Of a DNA stretch of 64,000 nucleotides, positions 1 through 10,524 are shown piece after piece. This DNA is from Candidatus Methylomirabilia bacterium. GTDB lineage: Bacteria; Methylomirabilota; Methylomirabilia; Rokubacteriales; CSP1-6. Under the pieces are notes generated by a model. It saw only the letters and a list, made by a program, of their open reading frames with translations, was not told the DNA's origin and did not search any database. Positions within the stretch are counted from its first letter, which is position 1. Every line of letters begins with the position of its first letter. The DNA lies in contig JBGQHJ010000004.1 in NCBI GenBank assembly GCA_041497895.1, forward strand, positions 298 to 64,297, read 5' to 3'. The translations under genes and the position numbers were made by a program.

Positions 1-1
1 G

Positions 2-202
2 ATCTTCGTCAACTCGGAGCCGGCCTTCGCCTCGATCTCCCACCGGGGCCAGCGGCAGACGCTGCAACGCGCGCCGGCCGCCAGCGGCGCCCGCTACGAG
101 GGCGCGGACGAGCGCGCGTTCTGGGAGCATCAGGGTGAGGCCACCTACCGTGTCGGCGCGGCCGCGCCCGAGGTCCGGTGCGTGCCCGAGGCGATCGGCT
201 AG
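2..202 (+). CDS. MliC-family (lysozyme-inhibitor-like) protein, C-terminal fragment; 5' end lies outside the window
   Basis: Frame 2 is open from the window edge to TAG 200-202. Translation ...AASGARYEGADERAFWEHQGEATYRV... resembles the SGARY..FW.KGDEAT core of MliC. Confidence 0.45.
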   Translation: MFVNSEPAFASISHRGQRQTLQRAPAASGARYEGADERAFWEHQGEATYRVGAAAPEVRCVPEAIG

Positions 203-252
203 CCGCCCCGCGCCCTTGACAGCACCGGCGGCGGGACGCAATCTCTCTCGCC

Positions 253-1329
253 ATGAGCCTTCGAGCCCTGCGCGCGCGTCCCGTCCTGGTCCCGATCAAG
301 CGCCCACCGGTGAGCGCCAGCGGCGCGATCCCCGAGGCGGCCCTGGTGCTCTTCGATCTCGAGACCGACGAGGGTGTCACCGGCCGCTCCTACGTGTTCG
401 GCTTCGCCCCGTGGACCCTGTCGTCGATCGCGGCCTGCGCGCACGGGCTCTTCGAGATGATCGAGGGCGATCCGCTCGCCCCCGTTGATCTCGAGGCCAA
501 GCTGCGTCGCCAGCTCACCCTGCTCGATCCGAACGGGCTGGTCGGCCTGGCCCTGGCCGGCCTCGACATGGCGGCGTGGGACGCGCTGGCCCAGGCGCGC
601 GGGGTACCGCTCTGCACCTTGCTGGGCGGGGCGCCGCGCGGGATCGCCGCGTACAACAGCACCGGCCTCTGGATCCAGCCGGTGGACACGCTGGCCGACG
701 AGGCCGAGGCGCTGCTGGCCGAGGGCTTCTCCGCGGTCAAGCTGCGCCTCGGGCGCGCCGATCCGGCCCAGGACCTGGCCGCGGTGCGCGCGGTGAAGAA
801 GCGGATCGGCGACCGGACCACGCTCATGTGCGACTTCAACCAGCGCCTGACCGTCAGCGAGGCGCTCCGGTACGCGCGGGCGCTCGACGGCGAGGGGCTC
901 TACTGGATCGAGGAGCCGGTGCGCCACGACGACTACGAGGGCTACGCGCGGATCGCGGCCGAGGCGGCGACCCCGATCCAGACCGGCGAGAACCTGGTGG
1001 ACACCTTCGACATGGCGCGCGCCATCGCGCTCCGCTCGCTCGACTTCGTCATGCCCGACGTGCAGCGCATCGGCGGCGTCACCGGCTGGCTGCGCGCGGC
1101 CGCCCTCGCCCACGCGCACGGCATCGAGATGTCGAGCCACCTCTTCCCGGAGTTCAGCGTGCACCTGCTGGGGGTGACCCCGACCTGCCACTGGCTCGAG
1201 TACATGGACTGGGCCGCGCCGGTGCTGCAGGAACCGCTCGCGGTGAAGGACGGGGTCGCGCGCATCCCGGACCGGCCCGGTGCGGGCATCCGTTGGGACG
1301 AGGCCGCGGTGGCCCGCTACGCGGTCTGA
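253..1329 (+). CDS. Mandelate racemase/muconate lactonizing enzyme family protein (enolase superfamily)
   Basis: 358 aa ORF with capping-domain and TIM-barrel layout. Motifs include KLRLG, MCDFNQ, YWIEEP and MPDVQRIGG. Confidence 0.9.
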   Translation: MSLRALRARPVLVPIKRPPVSASGAIPEAALVLFDLETDEGVTGRSYVFGFAPWTLSSIAACAHGLFEMIEGDPLAPVDLEAKLRRQLTLLDPNGLVGLALAGLDMAAWDALAQARGVPLCTLLGGAPRGIAAYNSTGLWIQPVDTLADEAEALLAEGFSAVKLRLGRADPAQDLAAVRAVKKRIGDRTTLMCDFNQRLTVSEALRYARALDGEGLYWIEEPVRHDDYEGYARIAAEAATPIQTGENLVDTFDMARAIALRSLDFVMPDVQRIGGVTGWLRAAALAHAHGIEMSSHLFPEFSVHLLGVTPTCHWLEYMDWAAPVLQEPLAVKDGVARIPDRPGAGIRWDEAAVARYAV

Positions 1330-1341
1330 GGGAGGCGGCGC

Positions 1342-1641
1342 CTACTTCTCGCCGCGGATCTGGGCGATCTTGCGGTCGCGGTCGGTGGCGAGGCGGTCCA
1401 GGTCGCGACGCAGGGCCAGGTTGAGCCCCTCGACCTCCTCGGCGCTGCCGGCCTTGGCCAGCGCCGCGCGGTGCAGGATCTCCCGCTCGGCCATCCGCGC
1501 CTGGTGCACCTGCCGGGCCTCCGCGATGGCGGCCTTCTGCTCGTCGGTGAGCGGGCGGCTCTCGCTGCCGGTCTCCTTGTCCTTCTTGGCGAACCGCTCC
1601 ATCGCCACTTCGTAGGCGGTCTTCGGGCGCTCGTCGGCCAT
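1342..1641 (-). CDS. Hypothetical small charged coiled-coil protein (99 aa)
   Basis: Only the 3' end of the long 1342..2610 ORF looks protein-like (MADERPKTAYEVAMERFAKKDKE...IAQIRGEK). ATG at 1641. The rest overlaps the oxidoreductase gene antisense. Confidence 0.5.
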   Translation of the reverse strand: MADERPKTAYEVAMERFAKKDKETGSESRPLTDEQKAAIAEARQVHQARMAEREILHRAALAKAGSAEEVEGLNLALRRDLDRLATDRDRKIAQIRGEK

Positions 1642-1686
1642 GGCCCGGAGTGTAGCAGAAACGCCTCCTGGGGTATCCTCTAGGCC

Positions 1687-3765
1687 ATGGATATCGCGCC
1701 GTCCGTCTGCCCGCACGACTGCACCAGCACCTGCGCGCTCGAGGTCGAGCGCATCGACGCGCGCACCATCGGCCGCGTGCGCGGCTCCCAGCGCAACACC
1801 TACACCCGTGGGGTGATCTGCGAGAAGGTCGGCCGCTACGCGGAGCGCGTGCACCATCCCGACCGGCTGCTCCATCCCCTGCGGCGCGTGGGGCCCAAGG
1901 GTGCGGGCCGCTTCGAGCGGATCGGCTGGGACGAGGCGCTCGACGCGGTGGCGGAGGCCTTCACCCGCCAGGCGCAGACGCTCGGGCCCGAGACGGTGTG
2001 GCCCTACTACTACGCGGGCACCATGGGCCTCGTGCAGCGCGACGGCATCAACCGCCTGCGCCACGCGCTCGGCTACTCGCGCTACTACTCGACGATCTGC
2101 GTGACCCTGGCCGACACCGGCTGGGCCGCGGGCGTCGGGGCCAAGCGCGGGGTGGACCTGCGCGAGATCGATGAGCACTCGGACCTGGTGGTGATCTGGG
2201 GCGGCAACCCGGTCAACACCCAGGTCAACGTGATGAGCCACGCCATGGCGGCCAGGCGGCGCGGCGCAACCCTGGTGGTGGTCGATCCCTACCGCACCGG
2301 CACCGCCGCGCGGGCCGATCTGCACCTCGCCCCGCGGCCGGGCACCGACGGGGCGCTCGCCTGCGCGATGATGCACGTGCTGTTCGCCGAGGGCCTGGCC
2401 GACTGGGACTACCTGCGCGCCTACACCGACTGCCCCGACGAGCTGGCCGCGCACGTGGCGACCCGCACGCCCGAGTGGGCCGCCGCGATCACCGGGCTCC
2501 CCGTGTCGGAGATCGTGAGCTTCGCCCGGCTCTACGGCCGGACCCGGAAGAGCTTCATCCGCTGCCACCACGGCTTCAGCCGCTCGCGCAACGGGGCGGT
2601 GAACATGCACGCGGTCTCCTGCCTGCCCGCGATCACCGGCGCCTGGCGATATGCAGGTGGCGGCGCGGTCTACGGCCAGACCGCGCTGTATCCGCTGGAC
2701 CGGACGCTCATCGAGGGGCTCGACATGGTCGACAAGTCGATCCGCGCGCTCGATCAGTCGCGGCTGGGCCCGATCCTCACCGGCGACGCCCTAGCCCTGC
2801 TGGGCGGTCCGCCGGTGACCGCGATGCTCGTGCAGAACACGAACCCGGCGATGGTCTGCCCGGAGACCCATCTCGTGCACCGGGGCCTCGCCCGCGAGGA
2901 TCTCTTCCTCTGCGTGCACGAGCAGTTCCTGACCGAGACCGCGGCCTTCGCGGACATCGTGCTCCCCGCCACCATGATGGTCGAGCACGACGACTGCTAC
3001 ACCGCGAGCGGGCATACCTACTTCCAGGTCGCGAAGAAGGTCATCGAGCCGCCCGGCGAGTGCCGGGAGAACCACTGGGTGATCTGCCAGCTCGCCAAGC
3101 GGCTGGGCGCGACTCATCCCGCGTTCCAGATGACCGCGTGGGAGATCATGGACGAGACGCTGCGCCGGTCCGGCATGTGGGACGCCGAGACCAACTGGCG
3201 GAGCGGCGGGCAGGACTTCGCGCCCCCGTTCGAGACCGCCCACTTCCTGGACGGCTTCCCCACTCCGGACCGGCGGTTTCACTTCCGCCCCGACTGGGCG
3301 CGCCGGGGCGGGCGCGGCGCTTCCATGCCGGCCCTGCCCGACCACTTCGACGTGATCGACAACCCGACCGCCGAGAAGCCGTTCCGCCTGGTGGCCGCGC
3401 CGGCGCGCACCTTCCTCAACTCCACGTTCACCGAGACCCCCTCCTCGCGGGAGCGCGAGCAGCGGCCCACCGCCCTGCTCCACCCCGACGACTGCGCGGC
3501 CCTGGGCGCCCCCGCCGGCACCCCGGTCCTGCTCGGCAACGAGCGGGGCCAGGTGATCGCCCACGCGGAGCCGCGCCCCGGCCAGCAGCGGGGGGTGGTG
3601 GTCGTCGAAGGAGTGTGGCCCAACCGGGACTTCGTGGGGGGCGTGGGCATCAACGCGCTCACCAGCGCCGAGCCGGGCTACCCGAACGGCGGCGCCGTCT
3701 TCCACGACACCGCGGTGTGGATCCGCCCCCAACCTCTGCCCCCAACCTCTGCCCCCAACCTCTGA
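1687..3765 (+). CDS. Molybdopterin-dependent oxidoreductase (MopB superfamily, BisC/anaerobic dehydrogenase-like)
   Basis: 692 aa. N-terminal 4Fe-4S Cys motif CPHDCTSTCALEV, followed by molybdopterin-binding regions and a C-terminal beta-barrel region. Confidence 0.9.
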   Translation: MDIAPSVCPHDCTSTCALEVERIDARTIGRVRGSQRNTYTRGVICEKVGRYAERVHHPDRLLHPLRRVGPKGAGRFERIGWDEALDAVAEAFTRQAQTLGPETVWPYYYAGTMGLVQRDGINRLRHALGYSRYYSTICVTLADTGWAAGVGAKRGVDLREIDEHSDLVVIWGGNPVNTQVNVMSHAMAARRRGATLVVVDPYRTGTAARADLHLAPRPGTDGALACAMMHVLFAEGLADWDYLRAYTDCPDELAAHVATRTPEWAAAITGLPVSEIVSFARLYGRTRKSFIRCHHGFSRSRNGAVNMHAVSCLPAITGAWRYAGGGAVYGQTALYPLDRTLIEGLDMVDKSIRALDQSRLGPILTGDALALLGGPPVTAMLVQNTNPAMVCPETHLVHRGLAREDLFLCVHEQFLTETAAFADIVLPATMMVEHDDCYTASGHTYFQVAKKVIEPPGECRENHWVICQLAKRLGATHPAFQMTAWEIMDETLRRSGMWDAETNWRSGGQDFAPPFETAHFLDGFPTPDRRFHFRPDWARRGGRGASMPALPDHFDVIDNPTAEKPFRLVAAPARTFLNSTFTETPSSREREQRPTALLHPDDCAALGAPAGTPVLLGNERGQVIAHAEPRPGQQRGVVVVEGVWPNRDFVGGVGINALTSAEPGYPNGGAVFHDTAVWIRPQPLPPTSAPNL
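3726..3764 (+). repeat. Tandem repeat, 13-bp unit cccccaacctctg x3, at the 3' end of the oxidoreductase CDS
   Basis: Three perfect head-to-tail copies at 3726-3738, 3739-3751 and 3752-3764. They encode PQPLPPTSAPNL, with each unit read in a different frame. The stop codon is TGA 3763-3765. Confidence 0.9.
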
Positions 3766-3795
3766 TTGACTTGACCGGCGCCCGCCGGATATAAC
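3766..3795 (+). promoter_or_regulatory. Candidate sigma-70-type promoter for the liv-like ABC operon
   Basis: TTGACT (3766-3771), 18-nt spacer, TATAAC (3790-3795), about 55 nt upstream of the permease start at 3850. Confidence 0.4.
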
Positions 3796-3849
3796 CGCCC
3801 CCATTACCGTCACGCTGCGACAGGGTCGCCGCGGCGGACGGAGCGGCCG

Positions 3850-4746
3850 GTGGAGCCCGGCGGGGGGTCTGCGCTGGACACGATCCTGCAGCTTGCCCTG
3901 AATGGCCTCGCCGTGGGCTGCATCTACGGCCTGGTCGCCCTCGGCTTCGTCCTCATCTACAAGGCCACCGAGCTGGTCAACTTCGCCCAGGGCGACCTGC
4001 TCATGCTGGGCGCGTTCGTCTGCTACATGTTCGTGGTCTGGTACGGCGTCGGCTACTGGACCGCGTTCGCGCTCGCGGTCGGCATCGTCGGCGCGTTCGG
4101 AGCGGTGCTCGACGCCACCCTGCTCCGGCGCGTCATCGGGCAGCCCCAGTTCGCGGTGGTCATGCTCACCATCGGGCTCGGCGCGATGTTGCGGTCCTTC
4201 GCGTCGGCGACCTGGGGCTCCGAGATCTACACGCTGCCGACCCCGTTCAGCGCCAAGACCACCCGGCTCGGCGGGGTGACCGTGAGCCACGAGTACGTGG
4301 CGATCATCGTGGGCACCGTGGCGCTCTGCGCGCTGCTCTACGCGTTCTTCACCTACTCGCGGGTGGGCGTGGCCATGCAGGCCGCGTCGCAGAACCAGCT
4401 CGCCGCCTACTACATGGGCATCCCGGTGAAGCGGATGTTCTCGCTGATCTGGGCCATCTCGTCCGGCGTGGCCGCCATCGCGGGTGTCCTGCTGGCTCCG
4501 GTCTCGCTGATCGACATCAACCTGGGCTTCATCGGGCTCAAGGCGTTCGCGGCCGCGGTGCTGGGCGGCTTCGGGTCCATCCCGGGCGCGCTGGTGGGCG
4601 GCGTGACCATCGGGCTCATCGAGCTGTTCTCCGGCGCCTACCTGCCGCTCGGGGTGAAGGACGTGGCCGCCTACGTGGTGCTGCTGCTGGTGCTGGCCAT
4701 CCGCCCCCAGGGCATGTTCGGCACCGTGCGCCGGAAGAAGGTCTGA
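3850..4746 (+). CDS. Branched-chain amino acid (HAAT family) ABC transporter permease, LivH-like
   Basis: 298 aa polytopic membrane protein. LNGLAVGCIYGLVALGFVLIY is a typical LivH N-terminus. GTG start. Confidence 0.9.
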   Translation: MEPGGGSALDTILQLALNGLAVGCIYGLVALGFVLIYKATELVNFAQGDLLMLGAFVCYMFVVWYGVGYWTAFALAVGIVGAFGAVLDATLLRRVIGQPQFAVVMLTIGLGAMLRSFASATWGSEIYTLPTPFSAKTTRLGGVTVSHEYVAIIVGTVALCALLYAFFTYSRVGVAMQAASQNQLAAYYMGIPVKRMFSLIWAISSGVAAIAGVLLAPVSLIDINLGFIGLKAFAAAVLGGFGSIPGALVGGVTIGLIELFSGAYLPLGVKDVAAYVVLLLVLAIRPQGMFGTVRRKKV

Positions 4747-4758
4747 GCCCCCGCGGCC

Positions 4759-5901
4759 ATGCGCTTCGCCTTCAAGACCACCTACGATCACGACCTGGGG
4801 CTCTTCCGCGACCCGGTCCAGCGGCGCTGGTACGCGGGCCTGCTCGCCGCGGTGCTGCTGCTGCCGCTCGCGGTGCCCGACTACGTGAGCGACGTCAGCA
4901 TGGTCTTCATCTACGGGCTCTGCGGGCTCTCCCTGATGGTGCTGGCCGGCTACACCGGCCTGGTGAGCCTGGGGCACGCCGCGTTCCTCGGCATCGGGGC
5001 CTACGCCCACGTGTACTTCCTGCAGGATCTCGGGCTGCCGTGGGTGGTCTCGGTCGCCCTCGCCGGGGTCCTCTCGGCGGCGGCCGGGGTGCTGGTGGGC
5101 CTGCCCGCGCTGCGCATGACCGGCGTGTACCTGACGATCGCCACCCTGGCCTTCGCGCTGATCATCCAGGAGGTGTTCACCCGCTGGGAGCACGTGACCC
5201 ACGGTCTGAAGGGCCGGCCGGTGGACAAGCCGATGATCTTCGGCGTCTCCTTCGCCTCCGACGCGGCCTTCTACTTCCTCTGCCTGGCGGTGCTGATATG
5301 CGGCCTCTGGCTCACCGCCAACGTCCTGCGCGCGCCGACCGGCCGCGCGTGGGTGGCCATCCGGGACAGCGAGATCGCGGCGCAGTCGATGGGCGTGCAC
5401 CTGGCCCGCTACAAGACCCTGGCCTTCGCCTACTCGGCGGGCCTCATGGGCGCGGCGGGCGCCCTCTTCGCCCACAAGATCGGCTTCCTCGCCCCCGACA
5501 TCTTCAGCGTCCTGCTCTCGATCCAGTTCCTGTTGATGGTCGTGGTGGGCGGCCTCGGCAGCCTGCACGGCGCGCTCTACGGGGCGGTATTCGTGGCGAT
5601 GCTGCCGGTGCTCATCTCGCAGATGCGCGACACCACGCCCCAGTGGGTCGGCCACCTGGTGGGGGTGCTCGGCAAGGACGCGGGCGCCGCCGCCTACCTG
5701 GCGGTGGACCGCTTCGTCAAGCAGCCCGGGCTCGAGCCCGGGATCTTCGGCCTGATCCTGGTGCTCTTCATCCTGTTCGAGCCGCTCGGCATCTACGGCC
5801 GATGGCGCAAGATCCAGCTCCTCTTCTCCACGTTCCCGCTCTACAAGCGCGCCACCTTCCGGCGCCAGAAGACCTACATGCGCTCGGAGCGCCTTCGGTG
5901 A
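4759..5901 (+). CDS. Branched-chain amino acid ABC transporter permease, LivM-like
   Basis: 380 aa membrane protein containing GYTGLVSLGHAAFLGIGAY. Follows the LivH-like gene. Confidence 0.9.
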   Translation: MRFAFKTTYDHDLGLFRDPVQRRWYAGLLAAVLLLPLAVPDYVSDVSMVFIYGLCGLSLMVLAGYTGLVSLGHAAFLGIGAYAHVYFLQDLGLPWVVSVALAGVLSAAAGVLVGLPALRMTGVYLTIATLAFALIIQEVFTRWEHVTHGLKGRPVDKPMIFGVSFASDAAFYFLCLAVLICGLWLTANVLRAPTGRAWVAIRDSEIAAQSMGVHLARYKTLAFAYSAGLMGAAGALFAHKIGFLAPDIFSVLLSIQFLLMVVVGGLGSLHGALYGAVFVAMLPVLISQMRDTTPQWVGHLVGVLGKDAGAAAYLAVDRFVKQPGLEPGIFGLILVLFILFEPLGIYGRWRKIQLLFSTFPLYKRATFRRQKTYMRSERLR

Positions 5902-6656
5902 CCTTCTTCGCGGCCCACGACCTCGGGGTGAGCTTCGGCGGCATCCGGGCGGTGGACTCGGTGTCCTTCGAGATGGAGGCGGGCCAGGTGTTCACGATCA
6001 TCGGGCCCAACGGCGCGGGCAAGACCACCATCTTCAACCTCATCTCGCGCATCTACGAGCCCACCGACGGGCGTCTCGTCTTCCGCGACGAGGACATCAC
6101 CCGGGTGCCCCCGCACGAGATCGCCCGGCGCGGCATCGCGCGTACCTTCCAGAACATCGAGCTGTTCGAGCACGCCTCGGTGCTCCAGAACCTGCTGCTG
6201 GGCCGGCACACCCACGCGCGGGCGCGCCTGCTGGAGGAGATCTTCTTCCTCCCCGGGGTGCGCGCCCGGGAGCGCGCCCACCGCGAGGCGGCCGAGAAGG
6301 TGATAGACTTCCTCGACCTGCAGGCCTATCGCGACACCCTGGTGGTGAACCTGCCGTACGGGGTCCGCAAGGTCGTCGAGATGGGACGCGCCCTCTGCAC
6401 CGAGCCGGCGCTGCTCCTGCTCGACGAGCCCTCCTCGGGGCTCTCCGTCGAGGAGACCGAGGACATGGCGTTCTGGATCCAGGACATCCGGACGCTGCTC
6501 GGCATCAGCGTGCTGATGGTGGAGCACGACATGAGCCTGGTCGGCGCGGTCTCCGACCGCGTGCTCGCGCTCAACTACGGGCGCGTGGTGGCCTGCGGCA
6601 CCTGTCAGGAGGTCCAGGCGCATCCCGACGTGATCAAGGCGTACCTGGGGGGCTGA
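5898..6656 (+). CDS. ABC transporter ATP-binding protein, LivG-like
   Basis: GTG 5898 overlaps the upstream stop (GTGA). Walker A GPNGAGKTT, signature SSGLSVEE, Walker B LLLLDEP. Confidence 0.9.
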   Translation: MTFFAAHDLGVSFGGIRAVDSVSFEMEAGQVFTIIGPNGAGKTTIFNLISRIYEPTDGRLVFRDEDITRVPPHEIARRGIARTFQNIELFEHASVLQNLLLGRHTHARARLLEEIFFLPGVRARERAHREAAEKVIDFLDLQAYRDTLVVNLPYGVRKVVEMGRALCTEPALLLLDEPSSGLSVEETEDMAFWIQDIRTLLGISVLMVEHDMSLVGAVSDRVLALNYGRVVACGTCQEVQAHPDVIKAYLGG

Positions 6657-6660
6657 CGCG

Positions 6661-7424
<764 letters not shown>

Positions 7425-7434
<10 letters not shown>

Positions 7435-9296
7435 AGACCGAGCCCGGCCGCTCCACCACCCCCGAGCCGATCGCCGCCACCGTGCACGGCCAGGACACCC
7501 TGCCCCGGCTCTTCCGTCACGTGGTGCGGGAGCGGGGCGACCGGGTGGCGATGCGGGAGAAGCAGCTCGGCATCTGGCGCGGCATCTCGTGGCGCGAGTA
7601 CGGCCTGCGCGCGCGGCGGGTCGGCCTGGGGCTGGTCGCGCTCGGCCTCCGGCCGCGCGACGTGGTCTCGATCGTGTCGGACAACCGCCCGGAGTGGCTC
7701 TACACCGACCTCGGCGTCATGTCGGTGGCCGCCATCCCCAACGGCATCTACACCACCGACTCCCCGCGCCAGGTGGAGTACATCGTCAACGACAGCGGGA
7801 CCCGCTTCTTCTTCGCGGAGAACGAGGAGCAGCTCGACAAGATCCTGGCGGTGCGCGAGCGCTGCCCGGAGCTGGTGAAGATCTTCGTCTACGACATGGA
7901 GGGCCTGCACGCGTTCCGCGACGACCAGGTCATGCCCTTCGAGGCGCTGCTCGAGCTGGGCGAGCGGTACGACCGGGAGCACCCCGACGCCTTCGATCGC
8001 CTGGTCGAGATCCCGCGGCCCGACGACCTCGCGATCCTGGTCTACACCTCCGGCACCACCGGCCCCCCCAAGGGGGCGATGCTGAGCCACCGCAACATCC
8101 TGTTCCAGCTCGGCTACGCCGACTTCGTCACCCGGCTACACGAGGGCGACCAGCAGCTCTCCTTCCTGCCCCTCTGCCACATCGCGGAGCGAACCTTCAC
8201 CGTCTTCTACCCGCTCTACACCGGCTCGACGGTGAACTTCGCCGAAAGTCTCGACACGGTGCCCGAGGACATCCGCGAGGTGGCGCCGGCCCTGTTCTTC
8301 GCGGTGCCCCGGATCTGGGAGAAGTTCTACTCGGGGGTGGCCCTGCGCATGCGCGAGGCCACCTGGCTCGGCCGCGTGGCCTACGAGCAGGCGCTCGGGA
8401 TCGGCCAGCGCATCGCGGAGCGGCGGATCGGGGGCCGGCCGGTGCCGTGGGCACTCCGGCTGGCCTTCCGCGCGGCCGACTTCCTCGTGCTCGACAACGT
8501 CAAGCGCTCGATCGGGATGCACCGGGCCCGCGGAGCCGCCACCGGCGCCGCCCCCATCGCCCCCGAGCTGATCCGCTGGTACATGGCGCTCGGGATAAAC
8601 ATGTTAGAGGTCTACGGCCAGACCGAGAACACCGGCCTCGCCACCGCGATGCCGCCCGACCACATCAAGCTCGGCACGGTCGGCGTCGCGCGGGCGGATA
8701 CCGAGGTGCGTCTCTCCCCGGAGGGCGAGATCCTGCTCCGGGGCCCGCACGTCTTCCTCGGCTACTACGGCAAGCCGGAGAAGACCGCGGAGACGGTGGT
8801 CGACGGGTGGCTGCACACCGGTGACGTGGGCACCATCGACGCGGAGGGCTTCGTGCGGATCACCGACCGCATGAAGGACATCATCATCACCGCGGGGGGC
8901 AAGAACGTCACCCCCTCCGAGATCGAGAACCAGCTCAAGTTCTCGCCCTACATCTCCGACGCGGTGGTGATCGGCGACCGGCGGAAGTTCCTCTCGTGCC
9001 TGGTCATGATCGACCACGAGACGGTGGCCCAGTTCGCGCAGGAGCGCAACGTCCCCTTCAGCAACTTCGCGTCCCTCTGCCGGGCGTCCGAGGTGCAGGA
9101 CCTGATCTGGGGCGAGATCGAGCGGGTGAACCGGCAGCTCGCCCGCGTGGAGACGGTCAAGAAGTTCCGGCTGATCGAGCAGCTCCTCACGCCGGAGGAC
9201 GAGGAGCTCACCCCCACCATGAAGCTGAAGCGCGCGTTCGTCAACGTGAAGTACAAGGACCTGATCGACAGCATGTACGAAAGGAGCGAGGGATGA
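7425..9296 (+). CDS. AMP-dependent synthetase/long-chain acyl-CoA ligase
   Basis: 623 aa. AMP-binding motif YTSGTTGPPKGAML, YGQTE, GWLHTGDVG, and the C-terminal TPTMKLKR motif. Confidence 0.9.
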
Positions 9297-10468
9297 AGCG
9301 ACTACTGGTAATCGGAGTGGTGGCGGCCGCGGTGGCCCTGGCCGGGGTGGCCGCGGCCCAGAAGGAGCAGCGCGGGGTCACCAAGACCGAGATCGTGCTC
9401 GGCATGCACACCGACCTCTCGGGCCCCGCCGCGACCTACGGGGTCTCCTCCTCGAACGCGGTGAAGATGCGCTTCGACGAGGTCAACGACAAGGGCGGCA
9501 TCCACGGGCGCAAGATCCGGCTCGTGGTGGAGGACACCCAGTACCAGGTGCCCCGCGCGGTGCAGGCCGGCGCCAAGCTGATCAACCGCGACCACATCTT
9601 CGCGATGGTGGCGGGGCTCGGCACCCCGATGAACAACGCGCTCTTCAAGGACCAGTTCGACGCGGGGGTGCCCAACCTCTTCCCGCTCTCCGCGGCCCGC
9701 TCGATGTACGAGCCCTTCCACAAGCTCAAGTTCTACGGGGCGGCCAGCTACGTCGACCAGATCCGCGCCGGCATCCAGTACTTCGTGAGCAAGAAGGGCA
9801 AGAAGGCCCTCTGCGCCATGTACCAGGACACCGACTTCGGCAAGGAGGTGCTGGACGGCGTGCAGCTGCAGGCCGAGAAGCTCAAGCTCAAGGTCGTGGA
9901 GACCGTCACCCACAAGCCGACCGACCAGGACTTCACCGCCCAGGTCACCAAGCTGAAGGCGGCCGGCTGCGACCTGGTCCTCATGGGCACCATCGTGCGC
10001 GACTCGATCGTGCCCTACGCGACCGCACGCAAGATGGGCTGGACCGACGTGGACTTCCTCGGCTCGGCCGCATCCTACGATCTCTTCGTGGCCGCCGCCC
10101 AGGGCGGGGTGACCGAGGGCTTCTACGCCATGGGGCTCACCGCGATGCCGTATCGCGACACCCTCTCGCCGGAGGCGCAGGCCTGGTTCGACCGCTACAA
10201 GGAGCGCTACAAGGTCGACCCGAACATCGGCGCCATCTACGGGCACGTGGCCGCGGACCTCACCGTGACCGCGCTCGAGAAGACGGGTGTCGAGCTGACC
10301 ACCGACAACTTCGTCCGGGGCCTGGAGTCGATCAAGGGCTACCACGACATCTTCCACGGCCCGGAGATCAACTTCGCGTCCGACAAGCACCAGGGCGCCG
10401 ACTCGTCGTTCCTCGCGGTGGTGAAGGGCGGGCGCTGGACGCGCCTGACCGATCCGCTGCGGTTCTGA
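9293..10468 (+). CDS. ABC transporter substrate-binding protein (LivK/Leu-Ile-Val-binding family)
   Basis: ATG 9293 overlaps the upstream stop (ATGA). Signal peptide MKRLLVIGVVAAAVALAGVAAA, then a periplasmic-binding-protein type I fold sequence. Confidence 0.9.
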   Translation: MKRLLVIGVVAAAVALAGVAAAQKEQRGVTKTEIVLGMHTDLSGPAATYGVSSSNAVKMRFDEVNDKGGIHGRKIRLVVEDTQYQVPRAVQAGAKLINRDHIFAMVAGLGTPMNNALFKDQFDAGVPNLFPLSAARSMYEPFHKLKFYGAASYVDQIRAGIQYFVSKKGKKALCAMYQDTDFGKEVLDGVQLQAEKLKLKVVETVTHKPTDQDFTAQVTKLKAAGCDLVLMGTIVRDSIVPYATARKMGWTDVDFLGSAASYDLFVAAAQGGVTEGFYAMGLTAMPYRDTLSPEAQAWFDRYKERYKVDPNIGAIYGHVAADLTVTALEKTGVELTTDNFVRGLESIKGYHDIFHGPEINFASDKHQGADSSFLAVVKGGRWTRLTDPLRF

Positions 10469-10481
10469 GGTCCGACGCGGA

Positions 10482-10515
10482 CGGCGACGGCGCCGGGATC
10501 CCGGCGCCGTCGCCG
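10482..10515. terminator. Perfect 34-bp palindrome (17-bp arms) between convergent genes; likely a bidirectional terminator hairpin
   Basis: cggcgacggcgccggga|tcccggcgccgtcgccg, located between the stop at 10468 (+) and the stop at 10525 (-). Confidence 0.55.
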
Positions 10516-10524
10516 CCGTGGGCC

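Noticed and set aside
2791-5655. Very long ORFs antisense to or out of frame with recognised genes. Examples: 2791..5655 (-), 15561..18506 (+), 19357..21708 (-), 29819..33358 (-), 30118..33945 (+), 34744..37902 (+), 39901..42516 (-), 51717..54311 (-), 51893..55033 (+).
   Set aside because: Their translations are Arg/Gly/Pro/Ala/His-rich and low-complexity, with no recognisable motifs. Each overlaps a gene with clear family signatures. Long stop-free shadow frames are expected at ~70% GC.
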